Shown one piece after another: positions 25,001 through 37,000 of a stretch of DNA of 64,000 bases (position 1 is its first letter; every line of letters starts with the position of its first letter). The notes beneath the pieces were generated by a model that saw only the letters and a program-made list of their open reading frames with translations, searched no databases and was not told the origin of the DNA. Source of the stretch: Lama glama. Its lineage: Eukaryota. The stretch lies in the NCBI GenBank assembly GCA_028534125.1, contig CM052817.1:46626001-46690000 (forward strand), read 5' to 3'. A program made the position numbers and the translations under genes.

Positions 25001-28000
25001 GAAGATGCAAAAAGTTGAATTCACAGGCATTACTTTATCATGCAGCTGGCACCCACTACTAGTCACCCAAATACCACCTCTTCCAAACAGAGAAAACAGT
25101 CACTCCTGGTAGAAGTAGCAGAAGTGGCAGTAAAAGCAGCGGCACACTGGGAGGTGACACACAGCTCTCTAATGGAATGTTCCAAAGCACTTTCCCAGCA
25201 TGCAGGTCCTGTAGAATCTTAGTCATTTCTGTGGCCCAAAGGAGGCCGAGTTAGAACAAGCTAATCAGATTACTTTATTGCAGGACTTCTCTGACTTCCA
25301 CTGTTAATGAAGGTATGAATTTCTAAGTGGAGAAAGGAAATACAGTATTCCCAAACTCGGAACATGGAATTTTTTTGTATGAAACACATTATAAAGCTAA
25401 TGCATATAAAATAGATACACATTTCTTCTGTATAGCCCAGGGAACTATATTCAATATTTTGTAGTAACCTATAATGAAAAAGAATATGAAAATGAATATA
25501 TGTATGTGTATGCATGACTGAAGCATTATGCTGTACACCAGAAATTGACACAACATTGTAAACTAACTATACCTGAATTAAAAAAACTAATGTTCTAAAG
25601 TTCACATTTTAGAAAAAAATACATTAATGCACGTCTCTGTTAATATTTTCTGATCAATAGACTTCAGTCTCATTAACTGATCAAGTTGGGGTAGCAACTA
25701 TGATAGACTTAAGTACAAAACCACAGAATATTCTAAGTTCACCTTGACCTCCAATATAACATTTAGCTGCTCCACTCATTATGCAATATTTGTATCTGCA
25801 CCCAGTGTACAGTTCTCTATGTCTGCTCCCTTGTTGGCAGCAAAGAACAAGTTAAACAGAGATCCTTACTTTTGCTTTTCAGTTTGTAATTCCTCCTCCT
25901 GAGCTTTGCACAAGTCTTCTTTAAGGGTGAGGACTTGGTCACAGGATAAAGGTGGAGAAATGTAAGTTCTATCGACTTGCAAATCATCAAAGCAAGGCTT
26001 CCTGAAGGCATATGAGTCATCACAACAGTCACCCACACCAGCATTGATAGGCTCTGCCTCATGTCTTCTGCATAAAGCTCCAAGAATTAGCTTTGCCTTT
26101 CCCAGGAGAGAATTAAAATAAGAACCATAAGGTTTATGGTCATTATTAGTATTTTTAAGCCATAGGAAAAGATTCTTAAATTCTAATTTCTGCTAGCACA
26201 GTCTGGATTTCACTGTCAAGGAAAAAGCGAGAGCATCAGGTACAGTTCCCCTGGTCCTCAGCCTTGTCTTTCCTTCTTCCTGTCACCCTCAAGGTGATTA
26301 TCTATGGACCCCTCCTCCCCATTCCTCCCCAATCCAGTTTATAGACCAGTGTTGACTTGAGATAGGAGTTACTTATGCTCCATCAAATTAAAATCAAATC
26401 TCAAGTCAACATGACTAATTTGACCTAGTTATAAGACTGATGATTGGCATTCTTACTTGAAAAGCTCAAATCCAGTGTGTTTCTATTTTTTTATGACTGA
26501 ACATCTATAACCATCACAGAACTTGGCAGATGGTAAATGCTGTATAACTATTTGTTGAATTAACAAAAAAAATGAATTAAAAAAATGAGAAAGGGAGTCC
26601 CTGGATCTTATTTTAGTTGTCTCCTTCATTTCTTTGTCCCCTTCTAGCCCAGTCACCTTGCCTTGCTCCCAGTGGTGTCTGATACTTATCTGATACTGTC
26701 TAAGCCTGCCTGTATGACCTTCTGAGTAATAATGACCACCCAAATTCCCTGTCACTTATGTATGTGGGGAAACTAGTGAGCATCAGCATTTAACATATGA
26801 GTTTATCCATTTTAGAATTAACCGAAGAGTTCACTTAAAAACAAGGCTTTAGGCATATATAAATCTAAATGAAAGAGTTCCCCAAGGAATGTATGACTAG
26901 ATAATAAAAATTTATAATAAAATAAAAGGAAAATAGCACTATATAACAAAAAGTTTTAAATCTACAGCCAAAACAACTACATTTCATCAGAAAAAAAGAC
27001 TTACTTAGCATAGGTGAGAAACTCTACCAAGAATATAGGGCAGAGAAAGCTGTCACCAAACAAGAATTCAGTAATGTTCAAATAATACCACTTGAGAGAG
27101 ACCTAGAGATTAGATCTCAGAGTCTTGAGCATCCAGGGATATCCAGAATATCCCTGGAGTGATATTCTCCACTGAGAGGGGTGAATAATTCATAATTATT
27201 CCCTATAGCCTGGAAGAAGTATCCCCAAGACTGCCCTTCCTCTGATTCTGTTTGCATGAATACCCGTATCCTAATTCAACTTCCCAAGTAATTTGATTCA
27301 GGAAAAAGGTAGCCTAGTTACTGGACTCTATTACTTCTGCCATTGTAGAGAACTGTTCATTGCAAATGGACACACTGGTGTTCTAACAATGGTAACAGTT
27401 TTGAGTTTGATGTGAGATAATAGAAAACAGAAATATTTGGTCTTTGACCACAGTTCCTGACACAAGGTTCCTGAAATGCTTGTAAACTCCTAAGTGATAA
27501 GAGCACTAGAATTACCTTTCTTTCTTATGTGGTGATTCTGGGTGGGCTCCTGAAGGGGGGCTGGTCACCAGAGAGACGGAACCATGATTAGAGGCTTGGA
27601 ATTTTAGCCCCACCCCCCATTCTCCAGCGAGGGGAAAGGGGCTAGAAATAGAGTTAATAATTGGTCATGTCTGTATGAGGAAGCCACCATAAAATCCCAA
27701 TAGTATGGGGTTCAGAGAACTTTCAGATGAGTAAACACATCCACATACTGGGAGGGTGACACACCCCAACTCCTCAGGGACAGAAGCCCCTGCACTCGGG
27801 CCCCTGCCAGTGCTAACCTTCTGCGTCTCTTCATCTGGCTGTTCATCTGTTTATTTTATCATATCCTTTAATAAACAGGTAACTGTGTTTTCCCGAGTTC
27901 TATGAGCTGCTCTAGCAAACAAATTGAACCCAAGGAGGGGGTCATAGAAACCTCAGATTTACAGTTAATCAGTTAGAAGCACTAGTGACAATTTGGACTT

Positions 28001-31000
28001 GTGATTGTTATCTGAAATGGGATGGGAACTGTCTTGTGGAACTAAGCCTTCAACCCCTGGGATCTGATGCTCTCTCCAGGCAGACAGTGTTAGAATGGAG
28101 TTAAACTGCAGGCCACTCAGTGCTCATTGTGGAGGGAAAAAACAACGTATCTGCCATCTTAAGTGTGGTGAGTGGGGTAATCATGTGAGAGTAAAGGAGA
28201 CACACAGGAGGAAGACTGGGCACTTTTTCCTACTCATTTAGGATGAGTTAGTCTAAAATCGGCAGTACCTTTGATGTTGCTGACAAAATCACTTTTGTTG
28301 ACTTGCAAATCCAAGGACTAGACCTTGGGGATATGAAACAGGCAAAAGGCGTGGTGAATCTGACATCCTCAATTGCAGCAAACTGTCAGCCAGTCTTATC
28401 CCTGTTGCTAATCAAAGACAACTGGCATGAACTGACCTGATTCTCCTGAGAACAGAATTATTAGGTTCCATTGAGAATTCATGGATGTGTCCACCAATAT
28501 GAGATTGCTGGCTGGGCATGGAGATCAGAACTTTCAACAACAGGCAAACATGCAGTCACAGAGGTGCTTACCGAGTCCTCCAGGCAAGCAAACTGTTGCT
28601 CATCGTTCAATGGGCAACACTTGGTGGCAGCAGCTGCCATGTTCTTCGTGAATACAACCAACTCCTGAGCAGACAGTTGTGGGGCTTTCTTAGTATAAAG
28701 GACTATGAGCCTGAAAGAATAATTTCCTCTTACTCCTGGCAAAGGCTATGTGGTCAAAGTGAAGAATTCAACAAAGTGCTCCTCAATATCTGACATTCTC
28801 TCTGATGTAGGATAAGTTACCATGTTGGGTTTAAGTCTGTCCTTTTAGTTCTTTCTCTGGTGGCCCAATGGATTATTCAATATGCCTGGAATTCTCTTTC
28901 CACCTCACATATTGCTCCACTCTGATCCATCAATTTTCTACTTGTCAAGGATACTATGATAGCTAATTTGGATGGCTGCAAAATCAGACTCAGAGTAAAC
29001 AGGTTCTGAAATAAATATATGCACAGGCCATTAACATGTTTATTGGTTGTCTACTATGTGGCGGATTAGGAGCTCCAGCAACGATCAGGAAACAGTTCCT
29101 ACTCTCACAGGCTCACACACTAGTCAGGGAGAGATGAGCACACTGGGTGCAGTGGGAGCAGTACAGCGCACAACAAGTGCGCGCAGAATGGCAGCTGGCC
29201 CCACCCCAGGGAGGTCAGGCAGCCCTCCTGGAGGAGACAGCGTGTGAGCTGAGATCCGACAATAACTAAAAATGAGCTAGGTGGAAAGGAATGAAAGTGG
29301 GAGGAAAGCATGTGGAAAGTCATGGAAGGTGATTTTGTTTTCTTGACTGGGGGGATTGAGAATTGGAGAAGAGGGGAAGGAAGAAAGCTTAGCTATAGAA
29401 TCAGATTTATGTTGTTTTTAAAATAATTATGGTTGCTATATGATGAATGGATTGGATTGGAGCTGGGCAAAAGGCACATGAGGGAAGATAAGGTCATGCC
29501 AGTAATTCAAGTGAGAGACGGTGATGGCCGGAACTAGGAGAACAGCAGTGGGAACTGAGGGATGTGGAGAGAGATTTTAATGAGAACAGCTCTACTGAAC
29601 CGGATTTGAGGACAAGAAAATGTCAGAATCATTTACTGCACTTCTATCATAGTGGAGTTAGGGGAAGAAATTAGCTATAACATCCAGTGAAAGAGTCAGC
29701 CTAATTCAGTGCTTCTTAAGTGTGATCCTTGGACTGGCAGGACCAGCATCCTTGGGTACATGTTGGAAATACAGATTCTCAGGCTCCATCCCAGATTTAC
29801 TAAATCAGAAACTCTAGGAATGGGCTGTGTTTCAACAGGCCCTCCAGGTAATTTTGATGCACTCTAAAGTTTGAGAGCCACAGGCTTAATCCTTAAACTA
29901 AACTGTTGTTTGCATCAGCAACTAAACGTAACATAAAAGAAAAATAATAAGCCAACTATTCTCTCTGAGACAGACTCACAGACGTAGAAAACAAACTTAC
30001 GGTTACCAAGGCAGTGGAAAAGGTTAGGGAAGGACAAATTAGGAGTTCGAGATTTGTAGATGCTAACTACTATATATAAAATAGATAAACAACGAGGTCC
30101 TAGGGTAGAGCACAGGGAACTATATTCAAGAACTTGTAATGGCTTATAATGAAAAAAGCGTATGAAAAGGAATATATGTATATAAATGAATCACTATGCT
30201 GTACACCAGAAATTAACATAACATTGTAAATTAACTATACTTCAGTAAAAACAAAAATAAATATTCTCTCTGAAACAAGAAAAGTTTTTCTGGATTCATT
30301 ATTTTGGACATTTAATGTAAGCTCAATATTATGGGGCACTGTATCAAACTGAACTTTTCCCCAGTACTCTGCTTCTTAACAGACTATCACAATAAAATCT
30401 TAAAGATTACTAAAAACTGACTTTTGTTTTTTGATATGTTAATCTTTGAAAAACAATGGGATTTTCCAGGCTCTCTGCAGAGTTCTGGGTGTTCCCTCTG
30501 GCAAATAACTAAGGTATACATTTACCTCTACCTTGATGGTGAAAAAAATGTATTTGCTACATTGACCTGACTTGAAACTGACAAAGAAATCCTAGATTAG
30601 ATCTCGGTTGCAGCCTTGACTCCAAATTGCAGGCAAAGCCCCAAACTAAATGTCCAGGTGGGAGGCAGAGGCCCCTAGGAGATTGCAGGAAGGCGGGCGG
30701 GGTCTGCTGGCTCCCTGACCTCTGGGTATCGATTGGTGCCTGGAAACTGGCCTGAAAACAACATAAAAGCACGCAAGGTTATGTGGACAATTATCTTATC
30801 AAGACGAAGATAGCTAGGTTAATTCTGAACCGACTTTTACCTTGGCCTCTGAAATTTTAAGATTGAATGTAGACGCTTTGCAACTCTCAGCAGCAGGAAC
30901 TAACAAAAACTCACTAACAAGCATAAATCTGGACAGTATCTTGGAAGCATACCTGTCACGGAAGTTACTGTCTCCTAATTTCCCACGTAAGTCACACTGA

Positions 31001-34000
31001 TTTTTCACACGCTCATGGCTTTCATGAACCACTCTTCGGAATATCTCTTCCTGAAAAATACACATAATCGGTGTTAATTGTTGCAACAATATACGTTAAG
31101 ATAAGATTGCAAAACCATCTTCTGTCTGTAATAGTTTCATGTAACTGTTTTCCTAAACCCAGAGTTTTATTTACTTAGCATGTTTGGAAATCTTGAAAAA
31201 CGCGCTTTGCATTAACATACCTTATGGAGACAAACATGGGACAGCCAGATTGAAATATATCAGTCTTGTGATACAAACTCACTTGTGGGCTTAAATGGCA
31301 TATTTTACAAGCATAAACAAATCATTCATCAAGCCAGGAAGAGGTCCTTTAAAGTAATTTATAGATCTAAGTTCAGTTGATCAGAGTGTGGGTGTGTGTA
31401 TGTATGTGTGTGTATCGGTGATTTTTAATAATACATTTTCATTTAAAACAGTTCAGATATACAGATAGAAATATAGATACGTATTAAGAAGTCAGGTTTA
31501 ATAAAACATGTACCAGACTTGAACATAGTAAAGCACTCCACAAATACACACTGAGTGAATCACATGGAATTCTCAGAGCTAAACTGCAAATTCAGAGTTC
31601 TTGAAACATGCAAATAAAATTCCAGTGGGAAGACAAAGTGACCTTGCAGACTCAGCTCTTTGGTAGGAGCACTGGTTATCAACTTAAGTGACCTCAGACC
31701 CTGTGCACCGATCCTAATAAGCAGTGTTTGTTATAGTAAAAATTTTACCCGATTTGCAAACTGTTTGCCTGGACTTAACCCATAGCCTTGTCCTTACTGC
31801 TTGTGTGACATTGGGCAAGTCACTTGAATCTTCTGAAACACAGTACTCTCATCTATAAAATGTATTAGTTCTTCTGGCATCACGCATCTTATCAAGCTGA
31901 CATGAGAATCAAATAGGACACTGGTTATAAAGCTACTTTGTAAACTCTAAACATCCGTGCTCCTATAAGGCCAATTATCATAACGACTACTGTGGAGGTC
32001 TACAGGTGATGCTATGAAAGAGTTCTAATCTACAGACTAAATCACATTCATTTACCCTTCTCTCCAGGAACAAAAAGATGCTAGGTGGATCTGCTTGAGC
32101 CCAGACAGGAAAAAGAAATGCCTTTGCCCTCCATCCCTACATCTCTGCAAATACAAAAGCCAGTGATTGGAATAACAAAAGCCAGAGCCACCTGGTTCCT
32201 GCTAACCCGCGGATAACAGATCATCTGGTCGGAAATCTGCGAGGCCACTTGCTGCTTCTGTTTCAACTGCACAACGGGAGCTCCTGCCTGTGAACAGTAT
32301 GATTTCTGGCCTGAGGTAGGGACAGTTTCCAGGCCTGCTCAGTGAAAACAGTCAACCTTCCCCTACCCTAACTGGCTGTGCTTTCGTGCTACTGTGCCAA
32401 GCAAACTGTAAAAAAGAGATTGCACAGAGAAGTTTTCATAAAACACAGAAACTACGAGGCAGTGGCTTGCACAGAGCGTTGTTACTGTGTGATGATGTGG
32501 CCTTTTGTTTAGATGGAAATCATAGCTCTTGTGTAATGCTTGCAGTTAGAAAGAACACGCATGCATAATTACTTACAAAAGCATGGCACTACTAATAACG
32601 CACTAACACTGGACTGTTCCCTAGGTTTGTAACCTCTTATGAGTAACAGGTTAAAAAAAAAAAAGGAATTTACCCCATGGCCATAGCATTCCAGCGGATT
32701 TTCTAATTTACAGCATTTTCCCAGTAAGTTTTGATATACTGTATCCACCCTTAAAATCACTGGAACTGCCAACTCTGGATGTCTTCTTGAATATTCATAA
32801 AGAAACCTGTGTCCACATGAAGCACATTAGAAAATAAGCAGTAAAACTCAGAAGCCATAGCTTTTCGTTTTCAAAAGCCAATTATGACTATGACATTTAT
32901 TCAGTACTTTAACTGACTTTAAGGGATTTGAATATCTTGGGAGGGTGTCAAGGAGGTTTTATTGGCTATATTTTGAGATAAGGAAACCAAATCAATAAAA
33001 TTGTAAGACTTCCCCAAAGTTACACAGTAGTGAGTAGCAAATCCAAAGCTGAACCTAAAACATCCTGATAAGATTTAGTTCCTGACTCAGGGTCTCTGCT
33101 TACTTTTACTAGAAATTCATTTCAAGTGGTTGGGTGAGAATATTTTTCTCAATGATCTTTGAGGCTAGATTTTATAAATATTACAAATTTTTGTAAGAAC
33201 GTGCTGACTGGGTTCTAAATTACCATCTACCCCTATTTTTTCACATAAGCTTTCAAGTATAAATTGTCCATAATCTCCACATTCCTCGGTGTTACAAGAA
33301 AGAGAAACTTAGACACTAGAATATTTTCAAAGGAATCACAGAATCACAGGAGGGACCTTGGAAGTGATCTTATCCAACTGCTTCAATTTACAGTTGGAAT
33401 ACAAAAGCCTGGGGAAATTAAATGGCTTGAATTACATTTCAAAGCTGATGCATGGCCAAGCTAGCCTGGAACTCAGGCCTTTCACTCATGGTCTAATGCA
33501 ATTTCCACTAGGAAGTCGTGCCTATCAACTTTTTCAGTACCAGATGCAAGTTTAGGGATAAATGAGTTCAGGTAGTGACATTTATAAGCCAGTGTCAAAT
33601 GGAATTTCAGAAATACAGCTAATGTTACTCTGTAGAAAACTTTGAAGAAAACTCAATCTTATGCTTTGTTGGAATTTAGTTGTTCCAAATAATACTTCAC
33701 AAAGCGACTTTGAAAATCTTTAAGTCACACAGCAATACTGTCTTAATATTGTATATTGAAATCAGTTTGCCTTATGTCCAAATTAATTTGCACTTCTGAA
33801 TGGTCACCAGAGATATGAGTGCTCCATCTCTTTAATCTTGAAATGCCACACCATGGCACCATGGCTTTGATGTTAGGTATTAAATTAATTAGAATAGAAG
33901 AGCTGGCCAGCTCTTACTTAGAGATGACTCTAAGTCCCTTAGAGCAAAGCTGGCACACACTTGACACGTTTTTTTAATTTCTTATATTAGTTATCAATAT

Positions 34001-37000
34001 TTATCAATATGTAAAAATCAAGAGACTTTCAGCTTCCCTCAAAATGCACTTAACTCTACCACCCAAAGCCTGTCTTCCCATATAGCAACAAGTAGCTAGA
34101 ATCAAATAGCAGCTGCCACCTTGAATCCACATCTCCTCTTGGCCATTTAACTGTTCACTCACATTACTGGCTAGCCTGTGTCATCATTCGAGTTTGCAGT
34201 CTCTCCCAAAGAATCCATATATACAATATCCTATTATTAAGATTTTTATAGAAAGTCATATTACTCTTGTAGGAAGTCATCTTGCTTGTCTGTGAATTGT
34301 TTGCACACAAACTGGTCTTCTGTAAACCTGCTGAGTGGCAGGGATGAGAGATCAGGTTTGTCATCGTTTTCCGAGGTGATAACGCATTCCCCTCGGAATG
34401 GCTCTGGCAGTTCACAGCATGGAGCGAACTTGCTGGATAGGATGGCCGGTTGTGAGCAGATATAGTTCATGAGCTGGCTCTACAAAACATAAAAAGGAGC
34501 GGTTATTTTTGATGACTTCATTCTGAACTTATTTATTTTTATTGTTATTAGTAGGAAACCAGAGAAAAACTTGGCATCTTATGTTGCTTTTTTCCTTGGC
34601 AAACTGAGATACCAAAATGGTCCCATTTTAATAAGGCTCATTCTAGTGACTCATTTTAATAAGAAACCTCTCTATGTGACCATGCTCAAGTGTCACAAGC
34701 TATTTTAACACCTCTTAAAGTACTTAAAGGAAGATTGCATTATTGTTTCCATGTTTAGCCCAATAAAATACAAATGAAGGGTTTTATTTACTGTCATTGT
34801 TTTAGGATCCCAGCTTAGAAAACATTCCATCTCTGTCATTTTCTATATACATTACTATTATATTACCATTACACTTACATTTTTACTTATACACACATAC
34901 ACACAAATAAGTATGTGAGTGTGTGAACAAGCCAGTCTCTATACTTAAGGAAATCACAATCTAGTTGGAGAGTTAAATAATTAGACATTAATAGTGCACT
35001 ATAAAAGAAATTGCTAGAGAGATGAACACATTATACTTGGGAAGGAAAAAGTGATTGGGTAGACTCCTAAGAGGTAGAAGTGACAAGATTTTAATAAAAA
35101 ATTATTAAATTGGAGGCAGGGGGTGGGGTGAAGATGAAGAATCTAGAATGATATGGGACACTGGGTTGATGGCAGCAAAATTTACTGAAATTGATATTCA
35201 GGAGAAAAGAACAGGTTTGAGGAGAATGGTTAAAAAGGGAAGCCAAAAAGTTCACTGTTGGAATATAGGGCTAAAATGACTTAAGGCATCTGCATGGAGA
35301 TTTCCTTTAAGCAGCTGGGAGCGTAGATTAAGGGATCAGGAACGAAGAAGAATGTACTGAAGATCCAAACTGAGAGTGGTTAATTGAATCCACGTTATGA
35401 GGTCAGGTTGAGACTGACAAGGGAGAATGTGTATGTTAGTTACGTGAAGAACGTGCCCTCAGTGGCTTGAAAGAATCAGATTTGTTTCTTTCTCAGTTAA
35501 GTCCCTGTTGAGAAGGGGAAGTGAACTGCCTCTAGGCAGTAGTTCTGGGAACCAGGCAGACGGAGGCTCTGCCATCTCCAGCCATGGGTTCTAACATTTC
35601 TCTCAGTTTGGAGGCAATTTGGCAAGGCGATTCTTTTTTTTTAATTGAAATATAGTCAGCTTACAATGTTGTGTCAATTTCTGGTGTAGAGCAGAATAGT
35701 TCTGTCTTACGTATACATACATATATTCATTTTCATATTCATCTTCATTATAGTTACTGCAAGATATTGAATATAGTTCTCTGTGCTATACAGTATAAAG
35801 TTGTTGTTTATCTATTTTATATATAGTAGTTAGTATCTGCAAATCTCGAACTCCCAATTTATCTTTTCTTACCCCCTTCCCCTCTGGTAAGCATAAGTTT
35901 GTTTTCTGTGTCTGAGTCTCTTTCTGTTTTGTAAATAAGTTTATTTCTCTCTCTCTCTCTTTTTTTTTTTAAGATTCCACATGTAAGTGATACCATATGG
36001 CATTTTTCTTTCTCTTTCTGGCTTACTTAACTTAGTATGATGATTTCCAGGTCAATCCATGTTGCTATAATGGCATTATTTTATTATTTTTATGGCTGAG
36101 TAGTATTCCATTGTGTAAATATACCACAACTTCTTTATCCAGTCATCTGTCAATGGACATTAAGGTTGTTTCCATGTCTTGGTTATTGTAAATAGTGCTG
36201 CTGTGAACATCGGGGTGGGCCAGGCCTAGAAATGGCATAAATCACTTCTGACTAGGCTCCACCTAGCTGTGAGGCTGGAAGGAAGTGTCCTTATGGCCCA
36301 GCAGTGACTGTAGGGGAGAGTGACTCCTTGCTGGATGGTTACGAAAGGAAAAGGGCAAGAATAGATTTACTGAGAATACTAATTTTAAGAGTCATAGAAG
36401 AGAGAAAGAAAATTGATGAAAGAAACTGTAAGGATACAGGCATTCCATTCAGACTGAAAACTTCTCCCACCATCTCTGAGACTTTGGATGTAGGGCCAGT
36501 GAGTTCTATGCTGTCCATGCCCCACGGCCCTCACCCCTTGATGCCACATCTTTGTTTTGCTTGTTTCTTCTTTCCTCCAGGCTGATGTGGCCTGAGGGTA
36601 TAGTTTGCAATTCCAGGATTTGCTCAAGATTTAAAGATGAATGAAATATAATCCCACTTTGGAAAGAAATTATAGATCAGCTTTAAAAACTTAAGAATAA
36701 AAGAATAAAGTAAAGTAAGACAGAATGAGGAAGGAAGGAAGAAGGGAAGAAGGAAGGAAGGGAGGGAGGAAGGAAAAGGAAGAAAATAATTATCACATGA
36801 GCTGAGAAGAGAGGACAGGAGACACCATTCTACTGATAACATTGAGAAATGACAATGCTTTTTTAGATTCATTATATATCACTGACACTTTTACTTAAGA
36901 ATTACAGGTATTTTAAGGACTGAAGTGAGTTTTAAGAAAAAGAGGCTCTTACCCTGCCAAACACACATGCTACTGCATTTCCTTCACAGCAGGTCTGATG

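Noticed and set aside
32791..32811. 21-bp identity with AFM 58550-58570 as gene conversion
   Set aside because: It covers only the acceptor and the conserved FLYEY codons of paralogous exon 9; constraint is a sufficient explanation.
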